Of a stretch of DNA of 20,000 bases, positions 8,500 through 15,942 are shown one piece after another. Location of the stretch: the NCBI GenBank assembly GCA_043809585.1, contig JBDROZ010000052.1:58394-78393 (forward strand), in the 5' to 3' direction. The stretch comes from Candidatus Eiseniibacteriota bacterium (lineage in GTDB: Bacteria; Orphanbacterota; Orphanbacteria; Orphanbacterales; Orphanbacteraceae). Both the position numbers and the translations under genes were made by a program. Numbering within the stretch: position 1 is the first letter of the stretch; each line of letters begins with the position of its first letter. The notes beneath the pieces are model-generated. The model was not told where the DNA came from. It did not search any database and saw nothing but the letters and a program-made list of their open reading frames with translations.

Positions 8500-10246
8500 A
8501 CTTCCTCCGAGGCGATCTGGTGAGGAAACGCGCCGCTTCTTTCGCCGCGCTCTCGTGAACCCTCCCGCCGTACTTTTGCATCAGACGCCCGACGATCTCG
8601 TTCATCCGCAGGTCCTGTTTCTGCTTCAAAACCTGGCGCTCGAGGCCCGACTCGAGAGATTCCTCGTATGTCGGAGTCCGTTTCTCGAGGAGGCAGAGAA
8701 CGTATCGGTTTCCCGACGACACGGCGACGGGGTCGCTCACGTCGCCGACGGCCATCGTGCCGAGCACCGGATCGAGCTCGTACCCGAGGTTCCCCATCCA
8801 ATGCTCGCCCGGGTAGAAGGTGAGATCGTCGATCCGACGCGCACCCGCGGCTGCGACTGAGTCCCGAGGTGTCCCGGCCCGGAGCGACGCGGCGATCCAC
8901 TGCGCGCCCCCCTCGTCCCGTGTCTTGTAGTAGGCGACCCGGAAACGGGGGTGCTGTTCGAAGAACGGGCGATGGCTTTCGTAGAAGGAGCGGAGGTCCT
9001 CCTCCGTCGCCGCCACCTTCGTTTCGACTTCCGAGTAGAAGAACTGGCTCATGTACTCCCAACCCTCGACGTTCGCGAGAGCCCGCTCGAGCTTCTCGTT
9101 GCCGCGGGTCAGGCCGCTTCGCTCGGCATAGACGGCGGCGAGCCAAATGACCAGCTTCTCGGTAACGTCGGCGCGCAGCCGGGCGACGTCTCCACCGCCC
9201 GGGCGGGACGTGGCCAAATCCAAGGTGATGTCCCGGAGATAGTCGGCGATCTCGTAGGCCGGCCCGCCTTCCAGCGTCAGCAGCGGCAAGCTCAGCGTCT
9301 CGGGGCCCGGGGAGGGGACGCGTGTCAAGATCGAACGCACCGCATCGTCGGAATCGCCCGCCTCTTTCGCCTTTTCCAGATCCGTCTCGACCGCGGCATG
9401 GTGGCGGGCCAGGACCGAGTCGAGCTCACGCAAGTTCTCCTCGCGGAGTTCGGCTCCGTAGCGGTCCCACAACGTTCGCAGCGCAAACTCCCGGAATCGC
9501 TGCTCCCGCAGGGCGCCGTCGTACTTCATGCGGAACGACTCGATCGTTCTCTCGTCCATCGCCCTCTCCCTCGGGCGCGCCGCTTCGCGGAGCAGAATGG
9601 CGTATCCCTCGGGGTTGGCGAAGACGGCGCTCCACTCGCCCGTGCCCAGGCCGCTCGCGACGTTCCATACGAGGGGAGATTCGATGGCCGTGAATCGGGC
9701 GTGTTTCCATGTGAAACGGCCTGCCGCCTTCCGGAGCGTCTCCCACGCCTCGTCGAGGTTCGCCGCCGAGAGGAGAAAGGTGCGGACCGAGTCGAGCGCC
9801 GCCGAATCGGGCGCGGAGACCATTCGGAGAAGAAGCTCCTCGTCGAGCCCCCCGAAGACCCGACCGAGGTCTTCTTCGTCGATGTGAAGCGTGTCGGTGA
9901 CGGCCCGGTACGTCTCTGCGGCGATCACCGCGCGCTGCCGCACGGCGATTCGCACCGGGAGGTTCGTCGCGTCACCCCAAGTCTTCGACCGGGCCTCCTT
10001 TTCCAGGAGCTTCTTGTGCAGCAACCGGTGGGCGAAGCCGACGAGGGCGGAGTCGAGTTCGCTTTGCGCGACGCTGTCTCCCATGATCACCTCGAACTCG
10101 CGGGCGAAATCGCGGGCCGGCACGACTTCGCCCTTCAGCTCGATGACGATCTTCTCGCGGCCGCACGTCACGCCCAAGAGGGCCGCCGCCAGCCACGGAA
10201 TCCACGGTCTTGTGCGACTCCAGATCACGATAGATGTGGCCCCCAT
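8498..10246 (-). CDS. Exported SurA/PrsA-like foldase with degenerate parvulin (PpiC) domains, possible lipoprotein
   Basis: Signal-like WIPWLAAALLGVTC; helical N-domain; ATEEDLRSFYESHRPFF (PrsA-like); two parvulin-like ends LGTGEWSAVFANPEGYAIL and MAVGDVSDPVAVSSGNRYVL..EKR..TYEE. Start uncertain (ATG 10246 vs TTG 10267). Confidence 0.72.
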   Translation of the reverse strand: MGATSIVIWSRTRPWIPWLAAALLGVTCGREKIVIELKGEVVPARDFAREFEVIMGDSVAQSELDSALVGFAHRLLHKKLLEKEARSKTWGDATNLPVRIAVRQRAVIAAETYRAVTDTLHIDEEDLGRVFGGLDEELLLRMVSAPDSAALDSVRTFLLSAANLDEAWETLRKAAGRFTWKHARFTAIESPLVWNVASGLGTGEWSAVFANPEGYAILLREAARPRERAMDERTIESFRMKYDGALREQRFREFALRTLWDRYGAELREENLRELDSVLARHHAAVETDLEKAKEAGDSDDAVRSILTRVPSPGPETLSLPLLTLEGGPAYEIADYLRDITLDLATSRPGGGDVARLRADVTEKLVIWLAAVYAERSGLTRGNEKLERALANVEGWEYMSQFFYSEVETKVAATEEDLRSFYESHRPFFEQHPRFRVAYYKTRDEGGAQWIAASLRAGTPRDSVAAAGARRIDDLTFYPGEHWMGNLGYELDPVLGTMAVGDVSDPVAVSSGNRYVLCLLEKRTPTYEESLESGLERQVLKQKQDLRMNEIVGRLMQKYGGRVHESAAKEAARFLTRSPRRK

Positions 10247-10265
10247 TGATTGGATGTCCACTTCC

Positions 10266-10419
10266 AACCGGATACCCTATTCAACGTGAACTGTATCACA
10301 GCTTCGCCTTTCGGAACCAGACATTCGAAGTAGGATATTGGAATGAGGTATCTGGTTACGTATTCGGACGGTACATGATTCTCTTCGAGCGAAGCGAGAA
10401 GGTATCTGGTTCCGAAAGG
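10266..10419. repeat. Palindromic repeat cluster (family A), right locus
   Basis: Perfect 15-bp inverted pair CCTTTCGGAACCAGA (10307-10321) / TCTGGTTCCGAAAGG (10405-10419); partial copies at 10266-10276 (-) and 10347-10357 (+). Confidence 0.8.
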
Positions 10420-10435
10420 AAGGGCAGGTCTAACC

Positions 10436-10558
10436 TTGATTCTCCATGAAATCTCGACAGCAAACGCGTGAAAGTGCGCCAGATGCGGCGCGCTGTCGCA
10501 GGTGGCGTGCTATCATGCGAGCGTCAGCGTTCCCCGCCGAGATTTTATGGAGAATCAA
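10436..10558 (+). other. Long imperfect hairpin (candidate structured RNA or MITE/REPIN)
   Basis: 21-bp outer stem with one G-T pair, plus three nested inner stems. Confidence 0.55.
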
Positions 10559-10739
10559 ATGCGAAGTAGTAAGACGGGCGGGGCCTGACCGGGGCTGTCC
10601 GCTGCAGTGCTCGGCAGTCGCGCAGGTGTCTTTCTTCCTCTGTGCCACGTGAACCGCACGTTTCGATTTCGGTGATACGACGGAAATCGGGATCTGGCGC
10701 TTGGTGCCTGCGCTCCTCGCGGACCCCTGCCCCGGCCAC

Positions 10740-11069
10740 CCGCCCGTGGTTGCGAGTAATCAGCAAGGACTGCCGAGGAATAGGGGACCTCGTAGGATCA
10801 TATGATTGTCATCCCTGCGGAGGCAGGGTTCCATCCGAATCGTTTGCACATCGCAAGGTGATCTGAGTGAGGAACTGTATCGAAGGGCCGGCTGCCGCGA
10901 GGAGGGGAGGGGATGGTGCTTGCCCACTTTGGAATGAGGGCTGGCTCCCATGTTTGTGCCGCGCGTTCTTTACCGCCTGTGGTGGCGAGTAATCAGCAAG
11001 GGCGGCCGGAAGATGGGGACATGAGAGTGTATATCATCGTCATCCCTGCGTAGGCAGGGATCCATCCGA
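10740..11069 (+). repeat. Two ~98-bp degenerate direct repeats, each ending in a family-B REP
   Basis: 10740-10838 and 10973-11069 align end to end; shared exact GCGAGTAATCAGCAAGG and GTCATCCCTGCG-AGGCAGGG-TCCATCCGA. Confidence 0.85.
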
Positions 11070-11771
11070 TTTATCCGAAGCCCCGCAGTTCGGGACCAGC
11101 TTGCCTGCACGTCGAAACGCATCGACGAACTCGGCTCTCGCGTTCGGAATCGAGAAACGGGAGTCCTGATCACCATATGGATTCGGCCAGGCGATCCCCC
11201 AGCATCGATCTCGGTTCATGACCTCGGGCAAATGCTCGCGAAAATACCTGCATTGCCAGGGCCGGGTGAGTTCGATCGTCGGGCCGATTGAACCGTGGAA
11301 TGACGAGAGGCTACTCCAAAACGTCCCGCAGAACAGCCGCTTCGTTCCTGTGGTCGCCACGAAGGGGATTCCATAGAGGATCTCGCTCCCTTGATCCGTA
11401 GAAGGCTCATGCGGAGGTGAATGAACCGTGCTGATGCGTTCCATGCCCTCAGAGGTCAGTTCAAAGGTGTTGTCCATCGCACAATACTCTTTGAAGTGAT
11501 TGATGGTGAGCAACGGCGTGTTTTGCAGTTCCAAGTTCGTCAAACAAAGGGTGTCCAGGCCGGGATATTCCGGAGGTGTCCCCCATGTCCGGAAATGGAA
11601 GCCGTAGAAATGCGGTTCCTCGAGAAGAAAAATCATGAGAGGTCCCGATTCGGTCGATTGAGCGTTGCCCGGAATCGGCATTGTGGGGAGCGAGGCCAGG
11701 GCAATCCACAGACAAAGAGATCGGCGGAAGGGCGAGGGTGAAGTCATGGTTGCATTATACCTAATCTTCAT
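11040..11771 (-). CDS. Hypothetical exported protein
   Basis: Long ORF in a visibly less GC-rich stretch; GAGGACAGGAG before ATG 11771; signal-like FRRSLCLWIALASLPTMPIPGNA; GIPFV..LFCGTFWSSLSS segment looks globular. Alternative start at 11747. Confidence 0.65.
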   Translation of the reverse strand: MKIRYNATMTSPSPFRRSLCLWIALASLPTMPIPGNAQSTESGPLMIFLLEEPHFYGFHFRTWGTPPEYPGLDTLCLTNLELQNTPLLTINHFKEYCAMDNTFELTSEGMERISTVHSPPHEPSTDQGSEILYGIPFVATTGTKRLFCGTFWSSLSSFHGSIGPTIELTRPWQCRYFREHLPEVMNRDRCWGIAWPNPYGDQDSRFSIPNARAEFVDAFRRAGKLVPNCGASDKSDGSLPTQG

Positions 11772-11920
11772 GCTCCTGTCCTCATCTTTGAGATGCCAGA
11801 ACGGCATCTCGAGGGGTTTGAGAAAATACGCGGCACAAGCGGAGACCGACGTCGGACGCCCGGGTGGGCGGACAGCCTTTCTCCCCCTTCGTCGGGGAAT
11901 CGGAAGCTCCTCTCCCCGCC

Positions 11921-12014
11921 GCCCTTCGATACGGCCCTTCGGGCCTGCTCAGGACGAACGGGGGGAAACACGGCCAAGATCGGATTCCCTGGATCCCCCT
12001 TCGCGGGGATGACA
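11921..12014 (-). repeat. Composite of two inverted REP-like elements (family C and family B)
   Basis: 11921-11961 GCCCTTCGATACGGCCCTTCGGGCCTGCTCAGGACGAACGG; 11990-12014 reverse complement TGTCATCCCCGCGAAGGGGGATCCA. Confidence 0.7.
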
Positions 12015-12094
12015 ATAAGAAGAACCTGTCCAATTCTGCCACCGAGGGCTCCCTTCCGGTTCCCCGAACCCGCTGATTTTGCTAATCTCCTTCC

Positions 12095-14035
12095 ATGAAT
12101 CAGCATCACCGGTCCGACGACGCTCCGTTCGAACCGTACGTGCCCGCCGACCGCTCCATGGCGGAGTTCACGGTCAAGGCCGCCCTTTTCGGGATCCTCT
12201 TCGGCATCCTCTTCGGCGCGGCGAACGCCTACCTCGGCCTTCGCGCCGGCCTCACCATCTCGACGTCGATCCCGGTCGCCGTCATGACCGTCGCCGCCTT
12301 CCGGGCCCTCCGGCTCGCCGGCGTTCACGGCACCATCCTCGAGGCGAACATCAGCCAGACTGTCGGGAGCGCCTCGAGCTCCGTCGCGAGCGGCGTGATC
12401 TTCACCCTCCCCGCGCTCTTTCTCTGGGGGATGAGCCCGACCCTCGTCCAGATGACCCTCCTCGCCATGTTCGGCGGGCTCCTCGGCGTCCTCTTCATGA
12501 TCCCCCTCCGCCGCTACCTCATCGAGCGGGAGCACCGGAACCTCCCCTACCCCGAGGGGACGGCGTGCGCCGAAGTCCTCCGGGCGAGCGAGAGTGGCGG
12601 GAGCCGGGCGGGGGACGTCTTCCTCGGTCTTCTTTCGGGGGCGGCGTTCAAATTCCTCGCCGGCTGGATCCACCTCTTCCCCGACAAGGTGTACGGCGCC
12701 GTCCCCTTTCTCAAGAAGGGCCGTCTCGGCATGAGCCTCTCGGCCGCCCTCTTCGGCGTCGGCTACATTCTCGGCCCCCGGATCGGCACGATCATGGTGG
12801 GGGGCGGGCTCCTCTCGTCGCTCCTGATCATTCCGGCGATCGCGATCTGGGGGGAGGGGCGGGCCGACCCCCTCTACCCGGAGACGGTGAAGACCATCGC
12901 CCTCATGGAGCCGGACGAGATCTGGCACCGGTACGTCCGCTACATCGGGGCCGGCGCCGTGGCGACCGCCGGCCTCGTCACCCTGATCCGGAGCGTGCCG
13001 ACCATGCTCGAGAGCTTCCGGGTCGGCGCCTCCCGCATGAAAGAGCGCCTCGGCGGCGCACCGGAGAGGGTGCTCCGGACCGCCGACGACCTGCCCCTGA
13101 AGGTGGTCGGGTACGGCGTGCTGCTCCTCGCCGTCGGGATGGCGGCGGTCCCCCACGTCTTCGGCGAGGCGGTGGCCCCCGCGGCGCGCTTCGCCGGCGC
13201 GGTTCTCGTGGTGATCTTCGCCTTCTTCTTCGTCACCGTCGCCTCCCGCATCGTCGGCCTCGTCGGGGTCACCTCGAACCCGACGAGCGGCATGACCATC
13301 GCCTCCCTCCTCGGCACCTCCACGATCTTCCTCCTCCTCGGATGGACCGACATGGTGGGGAAGGCGACGGCCCTCTCGGTCGGGTGCGTCGTGGCGATCG
13401 CCGCGTCGATCTCGGGGGACACGTCGCAGGATCTGAAGACCGGCTATCTCCTCGGGGCGACCCCCCGGAAGCAGCAGATCGGCGAGCTGGTCGGCGTGCT
13501 CACGTCGGCGACCTTCGTCTGCCTCGCCGTACTCCTCCTCGACCGGGCCTACGGGTTCGGGACGAGCGAGCTCCCCGCGCCCCAGGCGACCCTCATGAAG
13601 CTGGTGATCGAGGGGGTCCTCGACCGCTCCCTGCCGTGGCTCCTCGTCGGGCTCGGCGCTCTGATCGCCCTCGGCGCGGAGGCGCTCCGGATCCCTAGCC
13701 TCCCCTTCGCCGTCGGCGTCTACCTTCCGGTCACGACCATGGTCCCCGTCTTCCTCGGCGGACTGCTCCGCCACTTCCTCGCCCGGAGCGCGCCGGACGA
13801 GGGGAGCCGGGATTCCCGGAAGGCGCGGGGCGTCCTCTTCGGATCGGGCCTCGTCGGCGGAGAAGGCCTCCTCGGCGTCGCCATCGCCGGCGTGGCCTTC
13901 CTGAGAGGAACGAGACCGGAGGGGATCGGATACGCGTGGGCGGGACCCTTCGCTCCCCTCGTCGGTCTGCTGGCGTTCGGGTTGCTCGCCTGGTATTTCG
14001 GAAGGCGCTCGACAAGGGTATCCGACGGAGAATGA
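12095..14035 (+). CDS. OPT family oligopeptide / metal-chelate transporter
   Basis: NAYLGLRAGLTISTSIP, ILEANISQTVGSA, FMIPLRR..LPYPEGTACAEVL, SNPTSGMTI, DTSQDLKTGYLLGATPRKQQ, LPAPQATLM. Confidence 0.95.
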   Translation: MNQHHRSDDAPFEPYVPADRSMAEFTVKAALFGILFGILFGAANAYLGLRAGLTISTSIPVAVMTVAAFRALRLAGVHGTILEANISQTVGSASSSVASGVIFTLPALFLWGMSPTLVQMTLLAMFGGLLGVLFMIPLRRYLIEREHRNLPYPEGTACAEVLRASESGGSRAGDVFLGLLSGAAFKFLAGWIHLFPDKVYGAVPFLKKGRLGMSLSAALFGVGYILGPRIGTIMVGGGLLSSLLIIPAIAIWGEGRADPLYPETVKTIALMEPDEIWHRYVRYIGAGAVATAGLVTLIRSVPTMLESFRVGASRMKERLGGAPERVLRTADDLPLKVVGYGVLLLAVGMAAVPHVFGEAVAPAARFAGAVLVVIFAFFFVTVASRIVGLVGVTSNPTSGMTIASLLGTSTIFLLLGWTDMVGKATALSVGCVVAIAASISGDTSQDLKTGYLLGATPRKQQIGELVGVLTSATFVCLAVLLLDRAYGFGTSELPAPQATLMKLVIEGVLDRSLPWLLVGLGALIALGAEALRIPSLPFAVGVYLPVTTMVPVFLGGLLRHFLARSAPDEGSRDSRKARGVLFGSGLVGGEGLLGVAIAGVAFLRGTRPEGIGYAWAGPFAPLVGLLAFGLLAWYFGRRSTRVSDGE

Positions 14036-14036
14036 C

Positions 14037-14396
14037 ATGCACGAGACGATGATGTTGCCGGTCGATCCGGCCGACGCGGTCCGCGCCCTCCGGGAGCGGT
14101 CGGCGACCGCCGCGGTGCTTCTCTTCAAGAAGAGCCCGTACTGCGGAACGAGTGCCTATGCGGAGGGGGAGCTCCTCTGGTGGCTCGACGATCGGAAGTC
14201 GGAGAAGGCCCTGGTCGTCGCCGAGGTGGACGTGGTGAACGAACGGTCCCTCGCCCGGGGGATCACGGCGGAGCTCGGGATCGAGCACCAATCCCCCCAG
14301 GTTCTCCTGTTCGTGAACGGAGAGGTGAAGTGGCACGGGAGTCACGGGGAACTGACTGGAGAGAAGTTCGGCGAACTCGTCGACGGGGAGGCATGA
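14037..14396 (+). CDS. ytxJ: YtxJ/BrxC-like (DUF2847) monothiol thioredoxin-fold protein
   Basis: LLFKKSPYCGTS single-Cys motif; IEHQSPQVLLFVNGEVKWHGSH matches the family H[EQ]SPQ..W..SH signature. Confidence 0.85.
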   Translation: MHETMMLPVDPADAVRALRERSATAAVLLFKKSPYCGTSAYAEGELLWWLDDRKSEKALVVAEVDVVNERSLARGITAELGIEHQSPQVLLFVNGEVKWHGSHGELTGEKFGELVDGEA

Positions 14397-15145
14397 GAAG
14401 AGCCGCGTATTCGATTCTTCTCGGGATCGGCCTTCTGTCGTGCGGGAATGGCGCCGGCCGCGGGCCCGGCGAGGTGGTCGTCTTCGCCGCCTCCTCCCTC
14501 ACCGAACCGTTCCGGGCCCTCGAAGAGAGGTTCGAGATTTCCGATCCGGCGTGGGACCTCTCTCTCGTTTTCGCCGGTTCCCACACCCTCGCCACCCAGA
14601 TCCTCGAAGGGGCGCCGGCGGACCTCTTCGTCTCCGCCGACCGCCGTCAGATGGACCGGATCGGTTCCCTCGCGGAGCCGCCCGTCCCCTTCGCCACGAA
14701 CCGACTCGTGGTGCTCGTCCCGGCGGGCAACCCGGGAGGGATCGGGTCTCCCGCCGATTTGGGGGCCGAGGGGGTGCGCGTCGTCCTCGCCCACCGGGAG
14801 TGTCCGGCGGGGGCGTACGCGGCGCGCCAGCTCGGCATGCTCGGCATCCGGGACGAGGTGGAGGCGAACGTCGTCTCCCGGGAGGAGACGGTGAGGGGTG
14901 TGGTCGGAAAGGTGATTCTCGGCGAGGCGGACGGCGGAATCGTCTACGTCACCGACGTGACGGCGGCGGTGGCGCGGGAAACGGAGACGATCGAGTTCCC
15001 CGAGGGGGGGCGGGTCAGGACCGTCTGCTTCGCCGCCGTGATGCGGGAGGCCCCGCGCCGGGAAGGGGCGGAGGCGTTCTTGGAGTATCTTGTTTCCCAG
15101 GAGGGACGGGCCGTGCTGGAGTCCTTCGGATTCAGTGCGCCGTGA
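14393..15145 (+). CDS. modA: Molybdate ABC transporter substrate-binding lipoprotein ModA
   Basis: ATGA overlap with ytxJ; lipobox LLSC; VFAASSLT, FAGS..LATQILEGAPADLFVSA, PAGAYA, GEADGGIVYVTD. Confidence 0.93.
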   Translation: MRRAAYSILLGIGLLSCGNGAGRGPGEVVVFAASSLTEPFRALEERFEISDPAWDLSLVFAGSHTLATQILEGAPADLFVSADRRQMDRIGSLAEPPVPFATNRLVVLVPAGNPGGIGSPADLGAEGVRVVLAHRECPAGAYAARQLGMLGIRDEVEANVVSREETVRGVVGKVILGEADGGIVYVTDVTAAVARETETIEFPEGGRVRTVCFAAVMREAPRREGAEAFLEYLVSQEGRAVLESFGFSAP

Positions 15146-15942
15146 TGGGCGGCCGGCGAAACGGTTCCGGTCCCCCCGGAATCATGGTTCTTCTCGCTGC
15201 GGTCATGCTCGGCTTCTTCCTGCTCCCCCTCGCGGGCCTTCTCGCCCGGGCCCCCTGGTCGGACGCCGTGGCCCAACTCGGGAGCGAGGGAGTGCTCACG
15301 GCGTTCCGGATCTCCCTCGTCACGGCGACGGCGGCGGCCCTTCTCGGGCTCCTCTTTGGATTCCCCCTCGCCTGGATCCTCGCCCGCGCGCGGTTCCGGG
15401 GCAAAGGACTGATCCGGGCCCTCGTCCTCCTCCCGATGGTGCTCCCTCCGGTGGTGGGGGGCGTCGCCCTCCTCACGGCGTTCGGGAGGCGCGGCCTCCT
15501 CGGAGGCGCCCTCGCGGCGATCGGCGTCCGGCTTCCCTTCAGCATCGCCGGAGCGATCCTCGCGGCGACCTTCGTTTCCGCCCCCTTCCTGATTCTCACG
15601 CTTGAAGCGGGGATCGCGTCGTCGGACCGCCGCCTCGAGGAGGCGGCCGCCACTCTCGGCGCGGGGCGGTGGAGGGTCATGCGCACCATCCTCCTGCCGT
15701 CGATCCGTCCCTCCCTCGTTGCCGGTGCGGCCCTCGCCTGGGCGAGGGCGATCGGCGAGTTCGGCGCGACCATTACCTTCGCCGGCAACTTTCCGGGCCG
15801 CACCCAGACCGTGCCTCTCGCCGTCTACGAAACCCTCCAGACCGACTTTCACGGCGCCATTCTGCTCAGTCTGATCCTGCTCGCGGTCTCTCTCGGCGCC
15901 CTGGTCTTGCTGCGGGGGAGGAGGGGAAGCCGGTGGGCCTGA
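15145..15942 (+). CDS. modB: Molybdate ABC transporter permease ModB
   Basis: LPMVLPPVVGG, LEEAAATLGA (EAA loop), WARAIGEFGATITFAGN.PGRTQT; overlaps the modA stop. Confidence 0.94.
   Translation: MGGRRNGSGPPGIMVLLAAVMLGFFLLPLAGLLARAPWSDAVAQLGSEGVLTAFRISLVTATAAALLGLLFGFPLAWILARARFRGKGLIRALVLLPMVLPPVVGGVALLTAFGRRGLLGGALAAIGVRLPFSIAGAILAATFVSAPFLILTLEAGIASSDRRLEEAAATLGAGRWRVMRTILLPSIRPSLVAGAALAWARAIGEFGATITFAGNFPGRTQTVPLAVYETLQTDFHGAILLSLILLAVSLGALVLLRGRRGSRWA

Noticed and set aside
10428-10575. Integron attC site (GTCTAAC ... GTAAGAC around the long hairpin)
   Set aside because: The right end lacks the invariant GTT, the R-L spacers are very asymmetric (1 vs 10 nt), and there is no cassette ORF ending there and no intI.
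10234-10951. Short 63-74 aa ORFs in the repeat-rich gap
   Set aside because: They translate repeat and hairpin sequence, with no convincing RBS, codon bias or motifs.
11768-14128. Long antisense or off-frame ORFs (786 aa here; also 830..1999, 2038..3339, 4393..5919, 5981..7423, 8951..10249, 16969..18771, 17028..18950)
   Set aside because: Stop-poor shadow frames typical of high-GC coding DNA; they overlap well-supported genes and carry no recognisable motifs.
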